A model generated the notes under the pieces. The model was not told where the DNA came from. It worked only from the letters and a program-made list of their open reading frames with translations, and did not search any database. A program made the translations under genes and the position numbers. A stretch of 64,000 bases of DNA from Escherichia phage vB_EcoM-813R1. Shown one piece after another: positions 1-10,744 of this stretch. Numbering within the stretch: the stretch's first letter is position 1; every line of letters starts with the position of its first letter. The DNA lies in the sequence record ON470617.2. One strand, 5' to 3'.

Positions 1-33
1 TCTTACAAGTTTGGTGAAAAAGGGAGGCGGGAA

Positions 34-477
34 ATGATTGGCTGGGGTGTATGCGTTCTTGCGTTAGCCTTAGCCGATCGCTATTTGCTAAAACGCAAGG
101 ACATCACGCATTTAGAACTTGGTGATGTGGAAATTAAACCGGGTTTCATCCGGGTGCCGTTCAAATACCGGTCTAAATTCCCGTTTTTGCGCGGCGCAAC
201 GGTCAGATATTGGATCCGCGATGTTCAGAAGCCGACGACAGTGATTGAAGGCGAACAACGTTGTTTGACGTCGGCTGAACAGGGCGAAAACAGTGAATGG
301 TTGTACATACCCACTGAATATATGGGTAAAGGAGAGCGACTGTGGCATTTCAACGTCATGGTTACGCATGGCGACTCGTTCATTAACCCGTTGTATCGGA
401 TTTTCCCTGTTACTCAGCAAATCCGCAGAAGTTACGTAATAAATCTCGCACAGGATGTGTCAGATGACGAAAAATAA
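34..477 (+). CDS. hypothetical protein, 147 aa; sits where P1 has lydB upstream of hdf-darA (positional guess only); the true start may lie upstream or outside the window
   Basis: Six-frame ORF 34..477; no motif recognised; synteny with the downstream hdf/darA block. Confidence 0.4.
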   Translation: MIGWGVCVLALALADRYLLKRKDITHLELGDVEIKPGFIRVPFKYRSKFPFLRGATVRYWIRDVQKPTTVIEGEQRCLTSAEQGENSEWLYIPTEYMGKGERLWHFNVMVTHGDSFINPLYRIFPVTQQIRRSYVINLAQDVSDDEK

Positions 478-1066
478 GTATGCAACGGTCGATTTTGACC
501 AGGTTAATGAAAAGGGGCTGAAATCCCTTATCGCGGCGATCAATAAAACCGGTGTTACGGTAATTGAGGTTGACTCCAGCAACCGCGCAACAACGAAAGA
601 TGGCGTTAAAGTTAAAACCGCAAAGCTGGTTCTTAACGACGGACAAATTCTTGCCATACAGGTAAACGATACTGGCGATATATCGTCTGTGAGGCTGAAT
701 GGAAAAGCTATTCCTAACGCTCAATCGCCGGATATCAAGACGCTTGGTACCGTCATGGGGCAAGCGGCCCGCAAAAACTCCGCAAAATTCCAGAAATCAC
801 TGATCGCCAAAGCGAAACGTGTTGCCAATCCGGTAGACAAGAAACCGGCAGTAAAATCCAACTTTCAGCGCCTGCAAGAGGCAAAACAGCGGAATGCTCA
901 GGTGGTTGCCGCTTATAAATCAGCGCAGAACTCGGTGTCTTTCAATCAACAGCAGATCACTGATTTGCGGGCGAAGCTGGATAAGGAGACAGGCCGACTC
1001 AATAACGAAAAGGCCCGAAATGGCGAACTCAAACGCCGTCTTAAGCAACTGAAAGCAGGAAATTAA
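455..1066 (+). CDS. hdf: Hdf-like protein (homolog of a DarA fragment), 203 aa
   Basis: ORF 455..1066; shares a conserved segment (…KNSAKFQ… followed by a K/R-rich coiled-coil stretch) with the 617-aa ORF immediately downstream; position upstream of darA. Confidence 0.55.
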   Translation: MCQMTKNKYATVDFDQVNEKGLKSLIAAINKTGVTVIEVDSSNRATTKDGVKVKTAKLVLNDGQILAIQVNDTGDISSVRLNGKAIPNAQSPDIKTLGTVMGQAARKNSAKFQKSLIAKAKRVANPVDKKPAVKSNFQRLQEAKQRNAQVVAAYKSAQNSVSFNQQQITDLRAKLDKETGRLNNEKARNGELKRRLKQLKAGN

Positions 1067-2986
1067 CATGGAACAGTTCAATATCAATAAAGGGGTGACG
1101 ATCAAGCCTGGGCTTGACGTGCTTCCCCGCCAGTGACTGATGATGAATATCGCGCATTAATGGCCGGTGAGGACCGCTATCTGATGACGGAATCCAACAC
1201 CCTGGAGGAAATCGAGGCTACGTTCTTCTATGACACGCCGATCCACTGGTGTGCTACGGATTTACTGGAGGCGATTAGTTCTACTCGTTTGCAGTTACAC
1301 CGGACCATGCAGGCATTTGTCCGGGCATTGAACCAGAAGCTGAATGGTACCGGAATCTCTGCGGGGAGTGATAAAACGGGGGATGTGGCCCAGAGCGGCG
1401 CGCGCGCGATCGGCGGCGCTGAAATTGGCCGGGCACGTAACGTTAACGGGCTGCCGGTCTTGCCAGCCATTATTCCGCTCAGTGATGGTCAGACTATCAG
1501 CATTCTGTTTCATAGCCCGACAGCGGAAAACCGGATCACCAATAGCGATACGCTGGTTGCTTTCCAGTTCTTACTGAATAAAAAAGACGTTACTCACACC
1601 GTTGCTCCGATGAGTGGACGTGATATGACGCTGGCGCAGGTCACCATGAAACTTGCCAACCTTGCAGAGAAAAACTCGGCAAAATTCCAGCGTGCGCAGA
1701 AGAAGAAAAAAGCCCTTGTTGATGAAATAACCCAACTACAGGCTGACAGTGACCAGAAAGAGGATGCCATGAGCGACCTCGCGGATCAGGTGGCAGCGGT
1801 AGAAGGGCAGAAGGCAGATCTGGAGCAGAAAATTAACGCTGTTGCATCGGAAGCGGATTCTCTTTATGAAGAGAATGAGCGTTTGCAGACGGAGATTGAT
1901 CAGCTCAATCGCACTGGTGGGCGCGATACCATTGCTCCAGCGGGGATGACTGGTGGGCACTCTCGCGCGCTGACGGATCGCCTTGCCAGTATCAAAAATC
2001 GTATGCATATGGACGGGGAAGTGACGCTCAGTAATGGTGCATCAATGAAGCAATTCATTGGGGGCGGCGAAGGGTATATCCAGTTAACCGATCCGGATGG
2101 CAGCGTATACATGATCAAGGCTAAATCCATACAGGGTGTGGACATGGCAGATGCGATCGGCAAGCTGTTTAAAGCCTATAAAGCGGGTAATGTATCGGAA
2201 TACCTGGTCCAACCAGAAGAACATAAACCGGAAAACGTCGAACCTGAACCAGCGGAGGATACCGGTAGCTCTTCGCCTGAACCAGAAGTCTCTGTAGGTG
2301 CATATCGATATGCCCTGCAAATGCGTCCGGCGGCCCCTGGCGCAATACCTGAAGGTAACAAAGCAATTCTGCCGCGCCCTGATGAAGGTGACCCGTATTA
2401 TGAATATGCACGCTACGGCATTGCTACTTACGATACCCCGCTTTCTGATCAGCAAATGAGTGAGTACGACCTGAAGTTATTGCCTCGCGAGGATTCTTTC
2501 GACTTCCTGGCGAAGACACTTACTAATGGTCCGTTTGGCAAATATGCACAAAAAACTCTGGATCTGGCCACCAGCTCACCAGACGAGTTCCGCGTAATGC
2601 TGAAAACTCAGTTTCAAAAAACTTTCCCCAATATTGCGTTTCCGGGGGGCGCTGGCACCGAGAAAATGGTGCAGAGCATGATCAATACATTGCAGGCCGA
2701 AGTCGGTGAGATTACTCAGCCAGAACCGGCCCCGGCACAGCCTGATGAAACGGTTAGCGAAGCAGATGCAGAGGCTAATAAAGCCATTGAATATCTCAAT
2801 AACGTGATGGATATGCAAAGCACTGACATGGCGGAGATCCGTAACGCTCGGGGCAATGTCCGGGAAGCGATTGCAGCCCTTCAGGCTGCCGGACGTTTTG
2901 AGGAAAACGAAGAGCTGGTTAACGGCGCAGCTCGCCACCTGGCTGATCTGTTGGTAGCAATCCAGAAAGCGGGGGTAGCGGCATGA
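1067..2986 (+). CDS. darA: DarA-like antirestriction head protein; reading frame interrupted near 1125..1135
   Basis: 617-aa ORF 1133..2986 plus a 22-codon ATG-initiated ORF at 1067 in another frame; combined length ~639 codons; internal similarity to the hdf product; operon synteny hdf-darA-ddrA-ddrB. Confidence 0.55.
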
Positions 2987-3348
2987 CACTATCAGCTATT
3001 GAGTTAATGGATCTCAGCGATAAGTTGGATGCTCTGATGTCCAAAGCGGCTACCGCGAGTGGCATGGAGTTGCTGGATATCAGCGATGAAATTGACCAGA
3101 TCATGCAACAGATGGGGTACGGTGTGTCCGGCGGCAGTAGTGGCGAGGAAAAACAACCTTCGGTACATGATGGTGTGCCAAAACTGGTTGCTGATTTCCT
3201 GGCTGATAAATTCGTCGATCAGAGCACCGATGCATTTATCGGTACGTTACAGGACTTGAGTCAATATGTTGGCACATACATCGACCTGGACCAGGTTAAA
3301 CAGCACACGGCGGCATGGATAGCCGCCAACATTAAAGAGGCAGCGTGA
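2983..3348 (+). CDS. ddrA: DdrA-like small protein, 121 aa, start overlaps the darA stop
   Basis: ORF 2983..3348; 4-nt start/stop overlap with darA suggests translational coupling; position. Confidence 0.45.
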   Translation: MTLSAIELMDLSDKLDALMSKAATASGMELLDISDEIDQIMQQMGYGVSGGSSGEEKQPSVHDGVPKLVADFLADKFVDQSTDAFIGTLQDLSQYVGTYIDLDQVKQHTAAWIAANIKEAA

Positions 3349-3354
3349 CATCCT

Positions 3355-3374
3355 CCACGCCCCGAAGGGCGTGG
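3355..3374. terminator. GC-rich hairpin (ccacgccc-cgaa-gggcgtgg) just after the ddrA stop; could equally be the subterminal hairpin of the adjacent IS end
   Basis: Perfect 8-bp inverted repeat with a 4-nt loop read directly from the sequence. Confidence 0.4.
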
Positions 3375-3387
3375 ATTCCTGCTACGT

Positions 3388-4595
3388 TCAGGCTGTCGCC
3401 TGAATCATTTCGGTGGGTTCCTGCTTCAACGGGCGGCCTGACTGCACCATCCCTCCACAGGCAAGTACGGCGTGCCCCGCCGCTAAAATGTTACGAGCGC
3501 CGTTTACATCGGCGTTCGCTGTATATCCACATACCTGGCATCTGAATTTACTTTGTGACAGGCGATTTTCTTTCGCTGTATGACCACAGCACGCGCAACG
3601 CTGGCTTGTGTACGCTGGCGGAACAGCAAGCACCTGACCGCCACGCCAGAGCTGCTTGTACTCAAGCTGGCGGCGCATTTCATACCAGCCCTGATCCAGT
3701 ATCGAACGGTTTAAACCTGATTTTGCCCGGACATTGCGACCCGGATGACTTATCGTTCCCGCCGCTGACTTTGACATGTATTTAACCTTCAAATCCTCAA
3801 TGACAATCATTGCGTGGTTTTTGCTGACGGTCGTTGTGACTTTGTGAAGGTAGTCCCTGCGGATATTTGCGATACGGGAATGCAGTCGCTGTATTTTGCG
3901 TTTCTGCTTCTGCCAGTTGTTGCTGAATTTGACCTTGCGGCTTAACTGTCGCTGAAGTCTCGCCAGCTTCTTCTGGTTTTTCTGAAAACTATTTACAGGT
4001 TCAAAGACTGTGCCATCTGACAGCGTGGCGAGTTTAGCCACGCCAGCATCCAGTCCGACCATTGATGCTGAAGGGTGAACAGGAGTGGATACCTCTCTTT
4101 CTGTCTGAATACTGATGTACCACTTACCGCAGGACTGGCTGACAGTAACATTTTTCACAATACCCGTGACCTGACGGCTATTCCGGTAGCGCATCCAGCC
4201 AAGTTTCGGCAGAAAAATACGGCTGTTTTCCTGATCGAGCTTAACACCCTGCGGGTAGCGGAATGCATCATTCTGTCCCCGCTTTTTGAATCGGGGAAAA
4301 GCTGCCCGATTCTGGAAGAAGTTTTTGTAAGCCCGCTCAAGGTCTTTCAGTGACTGTTGCAATGGCTGTGAGGGAGAATCTTTAAGCCATTCGGTTTCAG
4401 TGTCTTTTTCCACTCAACCAACCAGGAAGCCATTTTCGTGTAAGGGATGTATTTTTTACCGGCCTCATGATTCTCATTCTGAAGCGCCAGAGCACGGTTG
4501 AAAACGAAACGACAAGCTCCGGCAAAGCGCCTCATTTGATGCTCCTGTTGACCATCTGGTTTTAACCGGAATTTGAATGACACCTGTTGTTTCAT
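3388..4595 (-). CDS. tnpB: TnpB (IS605 OrfB-type RNA-guided endonuclease); frame broken near 4400 in an A-run
   Basis: 341-aa C-terminal ORF with RuvC-like region and zinc finger (…[37 protein letters not shown]…) plus 82-aa N-terminal ORF ([37 protein letters not shown]…) in a different frame. Confidence 0.85.
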
Positions 4596-4693
4596 GTCAC
4601 TATTTTAAGCAAAAATAGCCGGGAGGAAAACTGTGCCTTATATCCCCACTATGAGGAGCGTAGGGGCGGCACATTGGATAAGGCGTAACAGGG

Positions 4694-7680
4694 ATGAGCT
4701 TAAGCGATCAGGTGGTAATGGCCACCAGCATAGAAACGCTGATCGAGCTGCTAAAGAACCTGCCCGATTATGGGCGGGTTTCGTATGTGGTGACAGCGAA
4801 GGGAGACGAGGTAAAAACAGCGTTTGATATCGTCGATGCCTCAGCTATTTTGGTATCCAATACTCTGGATGGGAAAATTAATCCTGACTATCCCCGGGAA
4901 CTTCAGCCGCGCGACCGGACCCGCGCATCCAGCCTTCTTCAGGTTAACCAGATATCCAAAGATTTGCGGCCTGCTCAGCTTACCGATTCCGGATTATCCA
5001 GCCATGGCGCACCGATAATTGGTGAGGACAATGCAGTTGAGTCAGGTAATGGACGTACCATGGGGATCATTAAAGCCTATCAGGACGGTAATGCGGATCG
5101 GTATCGGGAGTACCTGATTGAACATGCGACCGAATTCGGCATACGTACTGAAAAGGTTGAATCAATGACGGCTCCGGTACTGGTGCGCCGCCGGTTAACG
5201 AAGGTTGACCGCGTTCAGTTTGCCAAGGACTCAAATATTTCTGATCTTCAGGAAATGGCAGCCAGTGAAAAGGCTTTTGTTGATGCCGACAGCATAACAC
5301 CGGCGATGATGGCGCTGTTTAATCCGTCAGAAAGCGGAGATCTGCTTAGCCGCAGTAATGACGCGTTTATTCGCGGATTCATGACGCAAGTTGGTGCCAC
5401 ACAGGCTGCTGGCCTTGTAACGGAAGATGGGCGACCAACACGGCAACTTGTTGACCGTATACAAAACGCGATCTTTGCCAAGGCATATAAGGATGCGCGC
5501 CTGGTAAGGATGGTTGCAGAAGAACCTGATCCGGATATGCGTAATGTTCTGACGGCGCTTAATGCGGCAGCCAATGATTTTGTCCAGATGCAGGCTTTAT
5601 CAGGAGAAGCGCACAAGCAGGCTGTGACAACTATTGTTGATGGCATTGAGACAGCGGATAGCCTCGATAAAAAGGCGCTGGCGGCATTGAAAGATGCGGT
5701 AGACCTGGTAAGGCAATCGAAGGAGTCAGGCCAGCATATTACCGATGTTATTGCTCAGGGGGATATGTTCAGCGAAACAGCCCCGGAAGTGAAAGCTCTC
5801 GCGTTGTTCATCGTCGCGAATAACCGTAGCGCGAAGCGTATGGCCACCGCCTTTAAATTGATGGCTCAACGTATCAATGATGAGTTACAGCACCAGGGCC
5901 AGGCGCTGGGGGATATGTTTGGCGGTGGTGATGTGTCGTTACAGGATATCCTTCGCCAGGTGTCTCAGGAACTGGAAAACGAAGGCATGCAAGGGATATC
6001 CGGCGGTCTTTTCGAGTCCGTTTCCGGCGGTAGTTACAACGGTGTTGCTCCATATACCAGCTTGCTATTACATCGGGCATCCGGCATCAAAGACATTATT
6101 CATCTGATCAGGCTGCTTTCCCGTACAGATCCCCAGGATGAACAGCTTGTACAAGTGCTTGCGCATTTTGTTCGAATGCCTGTTGCCGACGTGAATAAAT
6201 GGTGCCGATTATTCGGTATCAGCAATTCGTTACTTCGCGGCTTGTTAAATCACGCATCCTCCCTTGGGCGCGATGGCTTTGACGAGATAGCGCAGGCGAT
6301 AAAAAACGGAGATATGCCACCAGCTATTGACTGGTTTTCCATTCGCCCAACCAGGGTGAAAGCATTCCTTAGCGCGGCGCATTCGGCATCACCATTGGCA
6401 GAAATGGTTCAGAGGTTGTCGCTCATATTCACAGACCATACCGCGTTGGGTGATCTGACTCTGGACGAGATGAAAGAAGCCTCCATTCAGTGGGCCGATC
6501 AACAAAATGAGGTTAACTCAGACTTCTTGCCAGCATTCAGGAAGGCCGTTAGTAAAGCGGATGATGCCCGTGGAATTCTGAAGGCATTTAAGGCATTGCA
6601 AAGTCGTGTTAATAAACATGTCGGTGATATCGATGGGGTAACGGCGGAAGGCCGGGATATCCTTAAAGAGCACGGCATAACGCCAGAGTTTATTGATGAG
6701 ATCAGGACTGATATGCAGCGTGAGGTCGTATCGTCCCTGCAAATCGTAGCCAGAGCGTTGGCGGATGCTAATCCGAAGAGTGCGGCCATTGTTAACCGGG
6801 TTATTGGTGATATTGAAGCATCGGAGGGCATGGGGGCGCTGAAACTCTTCCTGTCGCGAGCGTTTAATCCTAACGGCAATATTCTCCTGGCATTATTGGT
6901 GAGGCTAAAAAGTATGTCAGTGAAGAAGAACTTGAGCAGCTTGACCAACTACTTAAGCGATTCTCATATAACCCGCAGACACGCTGGCAAATGAATCAGC
7001 GAAGTATGGGTTCGGTCCACGAGAAAGTGTTATCTGCCATGAACAGTGCGATCGCAAACTCATCCGTATCTGAAGAAAAAGCTCTTGAGTGGGCCGACTC
7101 TTTTATCACGGAAGAAGTGGAAGAAGCCCGCGCTGGACAGAATGGTGGGATAGACCTGCGCAAGGAACTTGCTGATATTTATCGCCTGACCGGCGGGAAA
7201 ATATCGACCTTATCAAAAGTGGTTCACCACCAGGGAAGGGCATATGCAAATCTAAATGGTGTTGTTGCTGTCAATTTGAACGATGAAAATGCAAGTGCAC
7301 TGTGGCACGAGCTGGGTCATCATCTTGAGTACAGTAACCCTGGTTTGTTAGAGAAAGCCCGGTCATTCCTGAAGGCCAATGTTGAAGGGGATAAGCCATC
7401 TTTCGTCAATATCGGTGGGCGTGGCAAGCCTGAATGGTGCTTCAGATCTCGATTGAGTAATATTTATATGGCGAAGGTATACCCGCCAGCCTCAGTAAGT
7501 AACACCGGGAAAATTCGGCAGAAATCACCGACTATTTCCAAAACGTCAGCAACGGAAGTATTCTCTATGGCTCTTCAGTTGTATCATGACAAAGAGGCCG
7601 CTGCCGCATCACTGATGAATGGTGACGGATTGCTGGAACTGTTATTAGGTGTGGCAAAGGAGCTAAATAATGCAGATTAA
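4694..7680 (+). CDS. ddrB: DdrB-like large protein (~990 aa); frame interrupted near 6890; N-terminal region has a ParB/Srx-like motif (…YPRELQPRDR…)
   Basis: 766-aa ORF 4694..6994 continues as readable protein in the frame of ORF 6991..7680 when shifted by one base near 6890 (…EEELEQLDQLLKRFSYNPQTRWQMNQRSMGSVHEKV…); position after ddrA. Confidence 0.45.
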
Positions 7681-7978
7681 AATCGCAGCGCCATTAGGCG
7701 GAGATGCCATTATCGAATTTGATGATAATGAAGAAGTTTCCGGGCGTTTAAGCATTATCTCCGGTGACATTACCGAGGACATGATCGCTGAAGCCATAGC
7801 TGGGGCAAATCCCAATAGCTATATGGGATTCGTTAACACCCTTGATGCTCCCGCAAGTGATGTTCTCCGAACGCTGCATCTTTACGCTGGCTGGTTTGTT
7901 GATTGGCCAGCAGTAGATGGTGGCGATGAGGACGACGACGATGATTTTGGTGATCATGTAGACCAGATCGTATATTGA
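7670..7978 (+). CDS. hypothetical protein, 102 aa, acidic C-terminus (…DGGDEDDDDDFGD…)
   Basis: ORF 7670..7978 overlapping the end of the upstream gene; followed by a terminator. Confidence 0.5.
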   Translation: MQIKIAAPLGGDAIIEFDDNEEVSGRLSIISGDITEDMIAEAIAGANPNSYMGFVNTLDAPASDVLRTLHLYAGWFVDWPAVDGGDEDDDDDFGDHVDQIVY

Positions 7979-7980
7979 AG

Positions 7981-8008
7981 AAATCCCGCCAATCGGCGGG
8001 ATTTTTAC
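7981..8008 (+). terminator. rho-independent terminator (aatcccgcc-aatc-ggcgggatt followed by a T-run)
   Basis: 9-bp stem plus T-tract read directly, immediately after the 7978 stop. Confidence 0.55.
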
Positions 8009-8032
8009 CTCACGAGAAGCTTTTTTCTGATG

Positions 8033-9103
8033 TCAGCCAACAGTGCTCGTGCAAATCTCTTGGTGGTTTTTCGACAAATGCCTCTTCAGCCACATCCTGC
8101 CAGGGATTTGTTTAGCCCATTCAGCTATAGCGTTATGGTTTGCCGAGAATAACGGTATTGTATAGGCCTTCAGCCAGTCTAATGTGCTGGAGTTGTGTTT
8201 TTGAGCGTGATGTTTCGCATGGTGTTTGGCGATCACGATCGTAGGCACTACCCATTTACTACCGTCAGTCATTGTGAAGTGCATATTACGGGGAACAGAT
8301 GACTTTTCCATCAACTCCCGAATCCCGGGAAATTTCCCCAAGATCAATCGGCGATATTCATCGCTATTGCGCCCACCAAACTCTTTGGCTTTGAATTCAA
8401 GATATGCTTCAGAAACGAGAGGTGAATCCTCTGTGTTTAGAGTTATCGCCGTGAAAAAACCAGCAGGATTGTTTTTACTATGGGCCAACCGGTGATGCGA
8501 ATCATAAAAGTACCCTTTCTCGCGTTCCGATGGTTTCGACAGCAACAGCAGGCGCGAGTCATAATTGGTTAAATTGCCAGTTATCACTGCATGAGCGCGA
8601 TCGCTGATTTCCGCCGAGTTAATAACGATGAAAAGATCGTGCGGTCCAGTAAAACCAGCCAGAGACTCTTCGTTATTCAGACAATAGGTTATATAGACGC
8701 ATCCCCATGTTTCACTGATATGCACCAACCCTTTGTCAGGGTGTATTCTGAAATAATTGCCAAGAAAAGGGTGTTTTTGGGTAACTCGCTCCCAATAACG
8801 GAACATATAGTCAATTATTGTTTTTCGACTATCGTTAATCGCAGGAGAAACAACCACTGTACGGGAACACGAATACAGTATTGTTTGCAGGATGCTAATC
8901 ACTGCCACAATAGAGGTTTCCCCAATACCATGTGGTGTGGTGGCAGTGACTTTGGCTCCGGTGTTCTTTATCGCGTTAATAATTTTTGCTTGATGAGGTG
9001 TTAACTCAATATCAAGCAACTCTTTTGCTGCCAGTTCCCAATTGTCTTTATACCGTTCTATCAGTGCTAACCAGGCAGATTCATTCTGTATACGATTAAT
9101 CAC
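8033..9103 (-). CDS. terminase large-subunit-like ATPase paralog, 356 aa, no nuclease domain, degenerate Walker A
   Basis: Clear similarity to the ATPase half of PacB in this window (e.g. LLLSKPSEREKGYFYDSHHRLAHSKNNPAGFFTAITLNTEDSPLV vs [44 protein letters not shown]); Walker A position reads HGIGETS (no lysine) where PacB has GHGTGKSD. Confidence 0.6.
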   Translation of the reverse strand: MINRIQNESAWLALIERYKDNWELAAKELLDIELTPHQAKIINAIKNTGAKVTATTPHGIGETSIVAVISILQTILYSCSRTVVVSPAINDSRKTIIDYMFRYWERVTQKHPFLGNYFRIHPDKGLVHISETWGCVYITYCLNNEESLAGFTGPHDLFIVINSAEISDRAHAVITGNLTNYDSRLLLLSKPSEREKGYFYDSHHRLAHSKNNPAGFFTAITLNTEDSPLVSEAYLEFKAKEFGGRNSDEYRRLILGKFPGIRELMEKSSVPRNMHFTMTDGSKWVVPTIVIAKHHAKHHAQKHNSSTLDWLKAYTIPLFSANHNAIAEWAKQIPGRMWLKRHLSKNHQEICTSTVG

Positions 9104-10004
9104 TTTCCACCTCTTCCGTGGTGTTTTCTTGCAGTTCTGTTAATGCAGCACGACATAGGTTCCGGGCATTGGCTATAGCCACACTTTTGACTTCATCCGT
9201 CATCGTGCAGGTAATGTACTGATCGAGTTCTTCAGCGCGGATGATGCTTTTGCCAATCAGAAACTGTATTTGCCATAGCAGATCGGCATCCATAATCAGA
9301 ATTTCTGCCGGGCCTTCAGGGCCAGCCGGGAAGGAAACATAAGACTGTTTGCCCAGGCCGACAACTCGACAACTTGCTTCAAGAATTGCGCGCTTGAGGT
9401 CTGACTTTATAACGGAAACAGGTTGATTTTCACCAGTGATTACGCCGTTGACATGGAAAGGCATGTAGCTTGAAATACGCTCCACTTTCCACACGCCAGC
9501 AAGCGATCCTTCATGCAGCACAATGGGGGTAACCGCGAGTTTCATCTCACCATATAACTGCTGGCAGATAGCTGGATTGCTGAATACATCTAAAGGCTCA
9601 CATTCAAACAGCGGCGCAATCTGCATGAGGTCCATCATGGTCATCCCTGGGGTACGAGCAGTAATGAATTTGCGCATACCAGTATCCATTGCGCTCCAGA
9701 TTGCTACACCATGCTTTTTGCTCACTTCTTCAGTAAAGCCAAGGTGGCACATGATGGTTTTTTCGATAGCCAGATCGGAGATAGAAACCTTTTCGCCAGG
9801 TACACCATCATTATTGATGGTCACTTCGACACTCTGGCCATTACGCAGGCGGTATTGAATTGTTTTAGTATTTTGTGCTGCCATAGTCTTTTCTCTGCTT
9901 AAAAACTGATGTATTGCGCCTTCAGGTGGGTCAGGAATGTTTTCCCACCAGCGAAAGCAATATCTCGGGGTGTTCTGTTCGTTAAAAACGCGTTCCATTG
10001 CCAA
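9096..10004 (-). CDS. hypothetical protein, 302 aa
   Basis: ORF 9096..10004, same strand as and overlapping the start of the terminase-like paralog; no motif recognised. Confidence 0.5.
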   Translation of the reverse strand: MAMERVFNEQNTPRYCFRWWENIPDPPEGAIHQFLSREKTMAAQNTKTIQYRLRNGQSVEVTINNDGVPGEKVSISDLAIEKTIMCHLGFTEEVSKKHGVAIWSAMDTGMRKFITARTPGMTMMDLMQIAPLFECEPLDVFSNPAICQQLYGEMKLAVTPIVLHEGSLAGVWKVERISSYMPFHVNGVITGENQPVSVIKSDLKRAILEASCRVVGLGKQSYVSFPAGPEGPAEILIMDADLLWQIQFLIGKSIIRAEELDQYITCTMTDEVKSVAIANARNLCRAALTELQENTTEEVESD

Positions 10005-10086
10005 CTTTGGCGTTTTTTAGCGAGTTCGTGCTTTTGTTGGCGTTTGGACCACCGCTTTTCTTTCAGTCGTTTTTTACTCATAAACT

Positions 10087-10575
10087 CTAAAACGGAATAT
10101 CGTCTTCAAAGTCCATTGGAGGTTCGTTATTGGCGCTGCTCTGAGGTTTGCCACCACCGCTGTATTGCTGGTGGTTTTGAGGTTGGTTTGACTGCCCCCA
10201 GCCATTTGAGGACTGTGAATCGTCGCGGCGAGCGCCGATCATTTGCATGGTGCCGCCCTGGCTGACGATAATTTCCGTCGTGTAACGTTCTACACCGGCG
10301 TCATCTGCCCACTTACGGGTTTTAAGTTTCCCTTCGATGTAGACCTGAGAACCTTTTCGTAAATACTCACTCGCAATTTCAGCAAGTTTTCCGAACAAAA
10401 CGACTTTATGCCATTCTGTTTGCTCTTTCTGTTGGCCCGTTTGCTTGTCGCGCCATGATTCATTCGTTGCGATGCTGAGTCTTCCGACCGCGCCGCCATT
10501 TGGTATATACCTGATCTCCGGGTCTTGCCCCAGGGTGCCAATCAGGATGACTTTGTTTACACCGCGTTGTGCCAC
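10087..10575 (-). CDS. ssb: single-stranded DNA-binding protein
   Basis: OB-fold N-terminus ([23 protein letters not shown]…), Gly/Gln-rich linker and acidic C-terminal tail …DFEDDIPF. Confidence 0.95.
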   Translation of the reverse strand: MAQRGVNKVILIGTLGQDPEIRYIPNGGAVGRLSIATNESWRDKQTGQQKEQTEWHKVVLFGKLAEIASEYLRKGSQVYIEGKLKTRKWADDAGVERYTTEIIVSQGGTMQMIGARRDDSQSSNGWGQSNQPQNHQQYSGGGKPQSSANNEPPMDFEDDIPF

Positions 10576-10594
10576 TTATCTTACCTAATAAAAT

Positions 10595-10611
10595 AAATTA
10601 ATTAGAGCAAT
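10595..10611 (-). promoter_or_regulatory. C1-operator-like site (aaattaattagagcaat) between ssb and lyz
   Basis: 16/17 match to the P1 C1 operator consensus ATTGCTCTAATAAATTT (reverse complement), in an intergenic region. Confidence 0.5.
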
Positions 10612-10744
10612 AATGTATATCTTTGAAACGTAGCTAACAAGTGATTTGCATTATCCTGTGCCTTCTAAAGGGATCGAGTCAGTCGGTATTGGCTGTGAAT
10701 GGGTGTTTGTCCTGGAGCGTAAAAAATTCGCTTATGAGGTCTTT

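Larger units (their letters stand above)
3350..4690 (-). mobile_element. IS200/IS605-family element carrying tnpB only (no tnpA); boundaries approximate
   Basis: TnpB ORFs at 3388..4413 and 4347..4595 on the minus strand; hairpins at 3355..3374 and 3387..3404 near the 3' end; element sits in the ddrA-ddrB intergenic space. Confidence 0.6.

Noticed and set aside
4633-4827. ORF 4633..4827 as a separate gene or as the true 5' end of ddrB
   Set aside because: It is in a different frame from the 766-aa ORF and lies partly in the presumed IS left end; no evidence it is translated.
4694-6994. Calling the ddrB product a ParB-like nuclease
   Set aside because: The resemblance rests on a single short motif (YPRELQPRDR) and my memory of ParB/Srx signatures; too weak without a profile search, so mentioned only in the feature note.
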